A stretch of 20,000 bases of DNA, from IMG/VR virus record IMGVR_UViG_2931768940_000002; one strand, written 5' to 3'. The first letter of the stretch is position 1. Every line of letters begins with the position of its first letter. Shown here one piece after another: positions 1 through 8,553 of the stretch. Origin of the DNA: an uncultured virus (IMG/VR IMGVR_UViG_2931768940_000002) (Duplodnaviria; Heunggongvirae; Uroviricota; Caudoviricetes). A program made the position numbers and the translations under genes. Under the pieces are notes generated by a model. That model made no database searches. It saw only the letters and a program-made list of their open reading frames with translations, and had not been told where the DNA came from.

Positions 1-65
1 CCGGGGATGGGCGGGGTGGGTGGGGTGTCGAGGAGACGGCGGGTGTGGTCCAGGGCGGGGGTCAC
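1..65 (-). CDS. Hypothetical phage protein, N-terminal fragment running off the window edge
   Basis: GTG at 65 overlaps the TGA at 62-64 (GTGA). Reads VTPALDHTRRLLDTPPTPPIP and stays open to position 1. Confidence 0.45.
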   Translation of the reverse strand, partial: MTPALDHTRRLLDTPPTPPIP

Positions 66-238
66 GCGGGCTCCGTTCCGTGAGGGGCTGTACGGCTCTC
101 TGCGGGCCTGGGGAGCCTTCCGGGTTCCCGGGCCCCGCCTGAGGGGCTGTTAGCCCCACACGCGGCCACAGAGGCGGCACGGGCGCGCACACCCCAACGA
201 CCGGTCCCCCGGACGACGGCAGGCAATAGGCGCATCAC
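62..238 (-). CDS. Small hypothetical protein (about 58 aa)
   Basis: GTG at 238 / ATG at 235 overlaps the upstream stop, with GGAGG upstream. Fits the coupled chain, but composition is weak. Confidence 0.45.
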   Translation of the reverse strand: MMRLLPAVVRGTGRWGVRARAASVAACGANSPSGGAREPGRLPRPAESRTAPHGTEPA

Positions 239-390
239 GCCGCCTCCCCGTAGAACCGAACGTCCCGGTTCGTCGACCACACGTGGCCGCACCGGTCGCA
301 CCGGTACAGGTGGCTGACCTCGGTGCCGGAGTCGTGCTCGGCGGCCGGCTGGACGTTCTCCCGCGGGCAGCGGGGGCAGTTGTCGTTCAC
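235..390 (-). CDS. Zinc-ribbon microprotein (51 aa)
   Basis: GTG at 390 with GGAGG RBS and GTGA overlap. Contains CPRC and CDRCGHVW (two CxxC). Confidence 0.75.
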   Translation of the reverse strand: MNDNCPRCPRENVQPAAEHDSGTEVSHLYRCDRCGHVWSTNRDVRFYGEAA

Positions 391-616
391 GGGGTTCCTC
401 CGTTCTGGCAGTCGGTGCACGGCGGCGGTGTCGGCCCGGTGGCCGCGGTCCCGCACGGCCAGGCCCCGGGGCGGCGGATGTGGTAGCAGGGCTTCTCGGG
501 CTCGGCTTGTCGCTGCTTCGGTGCGGTCGGCGTGACGCCGGCGGCCATGAGCAGCAGCGCGGCCAGGTCGCCCTGCTCGCGGGCGGCGACGATGTCCTCG
601 ACGGACGGCTCCCAGC

Positions 617-620
<4 letters not shown>
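387..620 (-). CDS. Hypothetical protein (77 aa)
   Basis: ATG at 620 overlaps the dnaB stop (ATGA). Reads MSWEPSVEDIVAAREQGDL with a C-terminal WPCG...CTDC. Confidence 0.75.
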
Positions 621-1983
<1,363 letters not shown>

Positions 1984-1987
<4 letters not shown>

Positions 1988-2610
1988 GCGGCGACACCGC
2001 CCTTGCGCCGGTCGTCGCCCTCGAGGAGGAGAACCCCGCCGCGGCACATCTCGCCGAGCCGGGAGGAGACCCGGTCGCCGACGATGTGGCTGATCTGGCC
2101 GGGCAGCACGTCGCAGGTAATGAGCACGGGCCGGCGGTTGATGTACCGCTCGTCGAAGATTTCGTAGAGGCGTTCCTGGGTCCATCCGGTCGGGGAGACG
2201 CGGGCGGCGGCCAGGTCGTCGACGTACAGGAGGTCGGCTCGCTGGAGGGTGCCGGTCAGGGCCTTGGCGTCGTAGTCGCGGTTGTCGGGCCGCAGGGCGT
2301 CGAACAAGGCGGTGGACCTCCAGGTCTCGATGGACGGCACGCGGCCGAAGCGGTCGACGGTGGTAGACAGCCACTGACGGGAGGCCTGCCAGGCGGTGTG
2401 CGTCTTGCCGACGCCGATCGGGCCGGTGAGGAAGAGGCTGGGCGGGGCGTCGTCCCGGCGGCGGGACCAGTCATCGGCCTCGGGGTGGATGCGGATGGCG
2501 CCGCGGTAGATGGCAGGGGTCCGCTCGAGGTGGCCGCTGACCGCGGCGTCGCGGCGTTCGCGGAGCACCGACTGGCGCGGGTCGGGGATGTCATCCGAAC
2601 TGAAGGGCAC
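1984..2610 (-). CDS. DnaC/IstB-like AAA+ ATPase, probable helicase loader (208 aa)
   Basis: Walker A GPIGVGKT, Walker B LLYVDDL, RVSSRL and GDDRR tail. GAGGAG precedes GTG 2610. Lies between initiator and helicase. Confidence 0.9.
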
Positions 2611-3454
2611 TGCGCTTCTCCTCTTCGGTCATGTGGCTGGTGTCGCGGGGTGCGGTCGGCGGACCGGCCGGGGTGTTTTTGCGCTGCTGGCCGATGGCTT
2701 GGCGGCGGAGGGTTTCGTACTTGGCCCGGAGCTTGTTCGGGCTGAGGATGTGCGCCTGCCAGAAGTCATCCGCGTGAGCCCAGTCGATGGCGGCCAGGGC
2801 TTGGTCGACGGTGACCTCGTCGCGGTCGAGCAGCAGCCGGATGTCGTTGCGCCACTTGTCGGTGACGATCGGCTTCTTGCCGCCGCCCTTCTCGATTACG
2901 GCGGCGAGGTGCTCGCAGACCTGATCGACGTCGGGCCGAGGGCCAGAGTTCTTCGGAGCCGCAGGCTTCGATTCGCCTCCATTCCCTGCTCCCTGCTCCC
3001 TGCTCCCTGCTCCCTGCTCAGGGCGGAGGTTCTCCGGAGTCCTCTGGGAATCCTCCGGAGAACTTCCGGAACCCTCTGGAGGATTGGAAGAGTGCTGGTC
3101 AGGTGCCTGCGACAGGTCTTCGGGGCGCGGGAAGCGGTCTTTCCGGGGGTGACTGACCTTCTGGTGCTCGGACCAGCCGGAAACGGCAACGAGAGGCTTT
3201 CCGGAGTGCTCGTACAGGCTGACCAAACGGGCCGCGTGAAGCCTCTGGAGATCCTCGCGAGTCCTCTGGAGAATGTCCGGAGCCTCTTCGAGGGGCCAGA
3301 CCGCGGCACGGATGAGGCGCGGGTCTGCCGGCCCCACGCCGTTGTCGTCGACGTAGGTCCAGAGCCCGATGAAGGTGAGCCGCGTCGACAAGGGCAGGTC
3401 GGCGATCGTCAGCGAAGTGAAGAACTCCGGCTTGATCGAGCGGATGCGGGCCAT
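2591..3454 (-). CDS. Phage replication initiator protein (287 aa)
   Basis: N-terminus MARIRSIKPEFF...RLTFIGLWTYVDDNG, low-complexity linker, C-terminal DDFWQAHILSPNKLRAKYETL. Contains iteron-like repeats and lies upstream of the loader and helicase. Confidence 0.85.
   Translation of the reverse strand: MARIRSIKPEFFTSLTIADLPLSTRLTFIGLWTYVDDNGVGPADPRLIRAAVWPLEEAPDILQRTREDLQRLHAARLVSLYEHSGKPLVAVSGWSEHQKVSHPRKDRFPRPEDLSQAPDQHSSNPPEGSGSSPEDSQRTPENLRPEQGAGSREQGAGNGGESKPAAPKNSGPRPDVDQVCEHLAAVIEKGGGKKPIVTDKWRNDIRLLLDRDEVTVDQALAAIDWAHADDFWQAHILSPNKLRAKYETLRRQAIGQQRKNTPAGPPTAPRDTSHMTEEEKRSALQFG
2984..3018. repeat. Perfect 7-bp tandem repeat (CCCTGCT)x5
   Basis: Read directly. Encodes EQGAGSREQGAG in the initiator. 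Confidence 0.95.
3025..3290. repeat. Putative replication origin: two clusters of helically phased CTC(C/T)GGAG-like iterons
   Basis: GGA units at 3025, 3036, 3047, 3057, 3068 and 3078. Cores CTCTGGAG 3243, CTCGCGAG 3254, CTCTGGAG 3264 and GTCCGGAG 3275. Period is 10-11 bp, inside the initiator gene. Confidence 0.7.
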
Positions 3455-3548
3455 TACGTCTTCTTCCTTGCGGTACGGATAGGTCTGCCGGTTGCAGCCC
3501 GTGGGCCGCGGTCAGGTCAGGTGGGGGTCGGTCTCGGCCGGGGGCGGG

Positions 3549-4691
3549 TCACGCGGCCATCGCCTCGAGGTCGGCGCACAGCAGCCGGCGGTACGCCTCG
3601 ACGGCCTGGCGGGTGACGACCCCGTTGCCGCCGATCTTGATCTGCTGGGCGCGCGGGAGGTCGAGGTCGGTGATCCAGCCGGAGGGGGCGCCCATCATCC
3701 ATTCGACGAATCGGGGGGTGATGCGCCTATTGCCGCGCATGCCGGCCTCTGTCGGCTCAGGCGCAGGGCGGCCGGTCACGGCTTCCCACCGCCTGATGGC
3801 GGGCCCGTAGTCGATCCCGTCCGTGGAGATCCACTGCTCGTTCGGCAGGCGGTTCTTGAGCATGTTGACGACGAACTCGTTGAGCGGGCGCGAGTTCTTG
3901 CCCATCAGGTTCGACGCGCCCGACTTCCAGTCGCGAGCTGCCGGGGTGGGGAGCAGCCAGGCGACGTCGGTGAGGGTCTTGCCGGCGTTGAACTTCGTGC
4001 CGGGTGTGCGGTTCGCCGTCCAGTTGCGGGTGCCGCGGGAGTCGGCGACGGTCGGCGACGGCAGCAGGCTCAGGACGCCTTCTCCTCCGGCGCGACCGGC
4101 AGCCTCGTCACCAGCGTTCGCAGGTTCATCCCGCCCGCCCGCTTCGGCGAGGTCCCGGGGCCACCGGTACCGTCCGCTGCGCTCGGGGTCGGCATCAGCG
4201 GGATGGGCGACGCAGAACCAGCGGTCTCGCCGGTGCGGCGCGCCGACGGACGGGTCGCCAGCTCGTAGGCATGTCCACCGCGCGTCATACCCGATCGCGG
4301 CCAGGTCTGCGACGACTGTTTCGAGGCCGCGCGACCGGATCGCCGCAACGTTTTCCAGGAAGACGAGGCGCGGTTCAGTGTGGCGTACAGCCTCAAGAAC
4401 GTTCTTCCAGATCCCTGAGCGGGCACCGGTGATCCCCTTTCGTTTGCCGGCGTGGCTGATGTCCTGGCACGGGAAGCCGGCGGAGATGGTGTCGAAGTGG
4501 TGGTCCTGGGCGAGTCCGGCCCAGTCGGTCTTGGTGATGTCGCCGAGGTTGGTGGCCCACGGGAAGCGGGCGGCCATGACCTGTGAGGCGTACTGGTCGT
4601 ACTCGGCGTAGACGTTGGTCTTGTTGCCGGTGATCTGCTCGACAGCGAGGTCGAGCCATCCGGCGCCGGAGCAGATGCCGAGGTTGGTCAC
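3549..4691 (-). CDS. DNA (cytosine-5) methyltransferase (380 aa)
   Basis: Motif I variant ICSGAG, IV GFPCQ, VI ENV, VIII HRRDRWF, X GNGV. AAGGAGG precedes GTG 4691. Confidence 0.93.
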   Translation of the reverse strand: MTNLGICSGAGWLDLAVEQITGNKTNVYAEYDQYASQVMAARFPWATNLGDITKTDWAGLAQDHHFDTISAGFPCQDISHAGKRKGITGARSGIWKNVLEAVRHTEPRLVFLENVAAIRSRGLETVVADLAAIGYDARWTCLRAGDPSVGAPHRRDRWFCVAHPADADPERSGRYRWPRDLAEAGGRDEPANAGDEAAGRAGGEGVLSLLPSPTVADSRGTRNWTANRTPGTKFNAGKTLTDVAWLLPTPAARDWKSGASNLMGKNSRPLNEFVVNMLKNRLPNEQWISTDGIDYGPAIRRWEAVTGRPAPEPTEAGMRGNRRITPRFVEWMMGAPSGWITDLDLPRAQQIKIGGNGVVTRQAVEAYRRLLCADLEAMAA

Positions 4692-4740
4692 TGGTCCTCC
4701 TTGCTGCTGGAGGTGGATATGGGGGCCGAGTGGGCGGCGA

Positions 4741-5535
4741 TCACGCGGCGGCTCGCAAGTTCTGCGGGTACTCGCGGACGCGGAGCTCGGCCGGCCAGTC
4801 GTCGGGCTTGCCGCCCTTGCTGTCCGAGGCGTTGTGCTCGCGGGCCCAGACGGAGCCGAGCTGCTTGACGAACGGGGCGGTGCCGGAGCGTCGGGCCGCA
4901 GCAAGCAGGTCGGCGATCCACTGGAGCTCCAGAGAGCGCGCACCAGCGCCGGACTCGCCGCCGAGGATCAGCCAGTCGATGTCGTCGAGTTCGAGGGACG
5001 GGAGCGGGCCGAGGAGCGGCTCGGCCGATACGAACCGGACGGCGGCCAGGGTGTGGCTCAGGGCGGTTGCCCGGCGGGCATGGTCGTCGGTCTCGATGCT
5101 CGTGCCGAGCCACACGTTCGGAAGCGGCTCATTGAGGTCGAGCGTTTCGTAGACGCGGTCGAGGACGCGCGGGAGGCGTGCCGGCCTCTTCGTGAGGATC
5201 TGGTACGTGTGCTGCGGGGTGGCATGCATGGTGCGCCACACGTCGGTGATGAACTCAACGGGCACCCGGGTGTGGAACAGGTCCGACATGGAGTTCACGA
5301 AGACCTTGCGGGGCTTCTTCCAGCGGAGAGGCTCGGTGAGGGTGTCGGTGTGGGTTGTGATGCCGAAGCCGGGGCCGCTGGTGCGGGGGTCGCCGTCGGT
5401 CTGGTACTTGGCGGAGCCCATGCCCTTGAGGCGCTTGGCCATGGTGAGGGCGTAGCAGTTGTCGCATCCGGGGCTGATGCGGTCGCAGCCGGTGGTGGGG
5501 TTCCACGTCTGCTCGGTCCATTCGATGTTGCTCAT
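4741..5535 (-). CDS. DUF5131 / phage Gp37-Gp68 family three-Cys protein, predicted Fe-S radical-SAM-like (264 aa)
   Basis: IEWTEQTWNPTTGCDRISPGCDNCYA (Cx6CxxC), FVNSMSDLFH, QILTKRP, NVWLGTSIE, SAEPLLG, GGESG and FVKQLG. GAGG precedes ATG 5535. Confidence 0.92.
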   Translation of the reverse strand: MSNIEWTEQTWNPTTGCDRISPGCDNCYALTMAKRLKGMGSAKYQTDGDPRTSGPGFGITTHTDTLTEPLRWKKPRKVFVNSMSDLFHTRVPVEFITDVWRTMHATPQHTYQILTKRPARLPRVLDRVYETLDLNEPLPNVWLGTSIETDDHARRATALSHTLAAVRFVSAEPLLGPLPSLELDDIDWLILGGESGAGARSLELQWIADLLAAARRSGTAPFVKQLGSVWAREHNASDSKGGKPDDWPAELRVREYPQNLRAAA

Positions 5536-5640
5536 GGAGAACCTCTTCAAGTGGGAGGCGCGTCGCGTGAGAGCCGAGTGGGCGCACGGAACCAGGCCCG
5601 TTGACTGCTCGGTTTTGGCGATCTCGCGACCGCCAACATG

Positions 5641-5724
5641 AGAATAGCGTTCGCATAGCCCGTTCGCGACCCCCATGTGCGCATGGGTAGCGGAACGGTG
5701 TTCGCGCATGGCAGCATGTGCAAC
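5641..5724. promoter_or_regulatory. Divergent promoter/operator region between DUF5131 and the antisense HTH gene
   Basis: Minus strand TCGCGA-N17-TATTCT (5669-5641). Plus strand CAGCAT (5712-5717) lies 7 nt before ATG 5725. GTTCGC occurs at 5649, 5662 and 5700. Palindrome CCCATG-tgcg-CATGGG at 5672-5687. Confidence 0.55.
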
Positions 5725-5991
5725 ATGGAAGAGATCCGCGACAGGGTGCAGGCCGCCGCGAAGAAGCGCGCGCGAGCCAAAGACGCCTTCACGCGCGCCG
5801 ACGCAGAGCTGCGAGACCTGCTGGTCACGGCCCGCACCGAGGACATCGGGCCGTCCGAGCTGGCGCGCCTGACGGGGCTGACCCGCGAGTGGGTCGCGAA
5901 GATCGCCCCGGATCCTGACGCAAAGCCGCGCCGCACCGTGAAGGTCCCGAAGGGCACGCTGGATCGCGTCCGCGGCACCGACTCGGACTGA
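5725..5991 (+). CDS. Small HTH DNA-binding protein (88 aa), possibly leaderless
   Basis: N-terminal helix followed by HTH-like GPSELARLTGLTREWVAKI. Strong GC3 bias. No RBS. Alternative starts at 5716 and 5677. Confidence 0.8.
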   Translation: MEEIRDRVQAAAKKRARAKDAFTRADAELRDLLVTARTEDIGPSELARLTGLTREWVAKIAPDPDAKPRRTVKVPKGTLDRVRGTDSD

Positions 5992-6012
5992 CGTCACGTC
6001 CCCTCCCTCCCT

Positions 6013-6035
6013 GCCCCGCTTTCCCGCGGGGCTTT
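6013..6035 (+). terminator. Probable intrinsic terminator of the HTH gene
   Basis: GCCCCGC-tttccc-GCGGGGC followed by TTT, 21 nt after the stop. Confidence 0.55.
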
Positions 6036-6107
6036 GTCGTGCGCTCACCCGCCCGGTTGTGGGCGGTGTGGTGTGGCGGGCCACCTGGTTGGGTGACCCG
6101 CCGGTTG

Positions 6108-6290
6108 TCATGCCGCCTCCTGCTGGCCGGCCCTGGGTGCGTGATCCACGCACCGCCAGCCCGCGGGAAAAAGTCGGGCCGGCTTCCCGCACGGGGTGAC
6201 GCCTGCCTCGCACTCGCGCGGGACGACGGGGCGGAGCTGCGGGGGCTGGAGCCGGCCGGTGCCCGGGCCCTGGTTCTCGAGGGTGCTCAC
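6108..6290 (-). CDS. Small Cys/His protein (60 aa)
   Basis: GTGA overlap with the WhiB stop and GAGG RBS. Contains ECEAGVTPCG...GWRCVDH. Confidence 0.7.
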   Translation of the reverse strand: MSTLENQGPGTGRLQPPQLRPVVPRECEAGVTPCGKPARLFPAGWRCVDHAPRAGQQEAA

Positions 6291-6520
6291 GCCGCCTCCC
6301 CGTGCCGGGCCTGGACGAGTCGGCGGAGTTCCTGCTGGCTGACCCCGCCCCAGACCCCGAAGCGCTGCTCGCTGCTGATCGCGTACTCCAGGCATTCGGG
6401 GCGGACCGAGCACCTGTCGCAGACCTTCTTCGCCGGCCTGGACGTACCGCCGGGCCGCGGGTGGAATGCCTCAGGGTCGGTCTGGGCGCAGAGCGCGTCG
6501 TCTTCCCAGGTCTGGCTCAT
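6287..6520 (-). CDS. whiB: WhiB-family (Wbl) Fe-S transcriptional regulator (77 aa)
   Basis: ALCAQTDPEAF...AKKVCDRCSVRPECLEYA...GVWGG gives four Cys plus the G(V/I)WGG turn. ATG 6520 by ATGA overlap. Confidence 0.95.
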   Translation of the reverse strand: MSQTWEDDALCAQTDPEAFHPRPGGTSRPAKKVCDRCSVRPECLEYAISSEQRFGVWGGVSQQELRRLVQARHGEAA

Positions 6521-7482
6521 GCCGCCACCTGCCCGGTCGACTCTTCGGGGTGTCGGAGGAGTTCCTGCCGGAGGTAGTCGGGGGTGATCCCGAGACGTTC
6601 GGCGGCCTGCTCGGTGGTGTGGCCGAGGCGCATCAGTTCGCGGCCGTCCTCGGCGATCGCGGGGCCGCGGGTGGCAGCTGCGGCCCGGGCGAGGAACATT
6701 GCGGACATGAACTCGTTGCGGGGCAGACCACGGTGCTCGGCCTTCCACTGCTCGTGGGCGTCCGTGCATGCCTGGCACATGGGCAGCTTCAGCGTGGTGT
6801 GGATCCACCACCCGCGGTCCGTGCCGCAGTGCCCTGTCCAGTCGGGGATGGCCTGCGGGTCGTCGATCTCGTCGTCGTTCCACGCCGCGGGCGGGGCCCA
6901 GCCCTGGGCGGTTGCCCGGTTGATGGATCGTCGGGAGGTTCCAGGGCGTTCGGCCCACTCCCGGTACACGCGTTGAGCGGAACGGGCAGTGCCGACGGCG
7001 ACGGTGGGGCGGCGTCCGCACAGGGTGTTGCTGAGTGCGGTGTGGGCCATCCCCATGGCTTCGGCGATCCCGATGAGCGAGTGTCCGATCGCCATGAGGG
7101 CTTGGACGCGGCGAACGGTCCCTATGGCGGAGATCCGTGTTGTCGCGGGCACGGTGGCCAGGGTGGGACGGGCCTTGAGGATTCGGTTGGCGAGGTCGTT
7201 CTTGATGGTCTGGTAGCGCTGCTCGCGAAGGTTGGACACGGTTCGCTCTGCGCATCCGGCGGCGATGGCGATCTGCCCGATGGTCCAGCCGGCCGCGCAG
7301 AGGTCGAGGACGCGTTGGGCTGCGGGGCCGGAAGGTGTGCGGCGGGTGCTGCCTCGCTCCCGCTCGAGCCGGTAGCGGCTCATGTATCGGTAGTGGGCGT
7401 CGGCGCATTCGGGGAGTCGGCATCCGCGGAGGTAGCAGCGGCGTTCGCCGTGCTGGGGCGGGGTGCGAAGGGCGGTGGTCAT
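6517..7482 (-). CDS. Multi-HTH DNA-binding protein with Cys/His zinc motifs (321 aa)
   Basis: HGERRCYLRGCRLPEC at the N-terminus. HTH-like segments WTIGQIAIAAGCAERTVSNL, HSLIGIAEAMGMAHTALSN and TTEQAAERLGITPDYL. ATG 7482 by overlap. Confidence 0.8.
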   Translation of the reverse strand: MTTALRTPPQHGERRCYLRGCRLPECADAHYRYMSRYRLERERGSTRRTPSGPAAQRVLDLCAAGWTIGQIAIAAGCAERTVSNLREQRYQTIKNDLANRILKARPTLATVPATTRISAIGTVRRVQALMAIGHSLIGIAEAMGMAHTALSNTLCGRRPTVAVGTARSAQRVYREWAERPGTSRRSINRATAQGWAPPAAWNDDEIDDPQAIPDWTGHCGTDRGWWIHTTLKLPMCQACTDAHEQWKAEHRGLPRNEFMSAMFLARAAAATRGPAIAEDGRELMRLGHTTEQAAERLGITPDYLRQELLRHPEESTGQVAA

Positions 7483-7808
7483 CGGTCCCCCTTGCGGGCG
7501 TGGTGTGCGGGTGTGTTGAACAGGGCTTCGAGGTAGTCGTTGATCTCGTCGTCGTCCTGGCTGAGGACGGCATCGGCCCTGTCGGCGACGCGGTTGAGGC
7601 GGAACGCGACTGTGGTGTAGTGCCGGCGGTCGAGGCGGTCGTGGTGCTGGTTGATGCACCAGCGGAGTCCCCGCCACCCGGTGACCGCGACCGCGGTGAG
7701 GAGGAGGCCGGGCCCGTAGTAGAGGCCCGCGTTGATCACGTGGTCGGCGGCGGTCGCGTTCGCGTGAAGGAGACCGCCGGCGAGGAACAGGGTGTCGAGG
7801 GTGTTCAC
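7479..7808 (-). CDS. Hypothetical protein with hydrophobic segments (109 aa)
   Basis: GTGA overlap at 7805-7808. Hydrophobic stretch AGLYYGPGLLLTAVAVTGW. Confidence 0.7.
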   Translation of the reverse strand: MNTLDTLFLAGGLLHANATAADHVINAGLYYGPGLLLTAVAVTGWRGLRWCINQHHDRLDRRHYTTVAFRLNRVADRADAVLSQDDDEINDYLEALFNTPAHHARKGDR

Positions 7809-8221
7809 GCCGTCCACCGCCTGACCGGGATGCCGGCGGCCTTGGCGAGGTCAGCGCACTGTGTCGCTCCGTGGGATCCGTGCGGATCGGGGTAGCGGCA
7901 GTCCCGCCGAGAACAGGCGCGGATGAAGGCGCGGCAGAGGTCTGCGCCGAGCCGGACCATGGCGGCGTTGCGCTGCGGTCCTGCCGCCCGGTTGAACCTG
8001 CGGCCGAGTCGCCACTGGGCGGGGTGGGGTTCGCTGCTGGCACCGAAGGCGCGGGCCCACCTGTGGGCCATGGCGTCGGCCCCCGTGGGGCATGCGCCAT
8101 GTACGACGGTGATCGTGTCTGCCGGGATCCCTTGGACGGCTTGAGCGAGCGCCTGGTAGACGAATGACATGTCAGACCAGTCGCGGGAGCCGGTGACGAG
8201 GATCCGGTAGGTGTCGGTCAT
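7805..8221 (-). CDS. SLOG-superfamily protein, DUF2493-like (138 aa)
   Basis: RILVTGSRDW, VVHGACPTGADAMA, AAGPQRNAAMV and SHGATQCADLAKAAGIPV. ATG 8221 with GGAGG RBS. Confidence 0.85.
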   Translation of the reverse strand: MTDTYRILVTGSRDWSDMSFVYQALAQAVQGIPADTITVVHGACPTGADAMAHRWARAFGASSEPHPAQWRLGRRFNRAAGPQRNAAMVRLGADLCRAFIRACSRRDCRYPDPHGSHGATQCADLAKAAGIPVRRWTA

Positions 8222-8553
8222 GCGGCGGCCCTCCGTGCTGCGGCTGTCCCGCGCCAGCGGCGGACCGCGGACTTGTCGCGGGTCAGGCCGAATCCGTCGG
8301 TGCGGATCAGGCCTTCGCGGTGGAGGGTTGCGGCGAACCGGCCCCAGTCGTGGTCGCGGTCCGGCGGGTCGGGGAGGTCGTTGTCCTTCGCGACTTTCCA
8401 GCAGAGGAACGGGCTTCCGGTGGCAGCGATTTCCTCGAAGGTGGGCCGGACCTCGGCGACCCAGGTGTCGTAGTCGTCGACCCGGCGGCGGGCCTTCGAT
8501 ATGGCCGCGGCAGGGACGGTGCCGTCGAGGGTCGGCTGCTCGATGACGGTCAT
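8218..8553 (-). CDS. Hypothetical protein (111 aa)
   Basis: ATG 8553 with GGAGGT RBS and ATGA overlap. DLPDPP...WGRFAATLHREGLIR is possibly winged-helix-like. Confidence 0.75.
   Translation of the reverse strand: MTVIEQPTLDGTVPAAAISKARRRVDDYDTWVAEVRPTFEEIAATGSPFLCWKVAKDNDLPDPPDRDHDWGRFAATLHREGLIRTDGFGLTRDKSAVRRWRGTAAARRAAA

Noticed and set aside
2256..2594. ORF starting at the ATGA overlap with the initiator stop, suggesting a frameshifted loader gene
   Set aside because: Product is Pro/Ser/Ala-rich off-frame sequence. The loader frame has its own GTG at 2610 with a GAGGAG RBS and intact motifs.
2984..3290. Repeats considered as a CRISPR array
   Set aside because: Units are 7-11 bp with no unique spacers, lie inside a CDS, and no cas genes are present.
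3517..3552. 11-codon mini-ORF (VTRPRPRPTPT) overlapping the methyltransferase stop
   Set aside because: Too short and not coupled to the next gene, so there is no evidence of function.
5536..6213. Long in-frame N-terminal extension of DUF5131 (490-aa ORF, with an ATG at 6111 overlapping the upstream stop)
   Set aside because: It is codon-aligned antisense to the + strand HTH gene, a typical high-GC shadow. The family N-terminus (SNIEW) and an RBS sit at 5535. Not strictly excluded.
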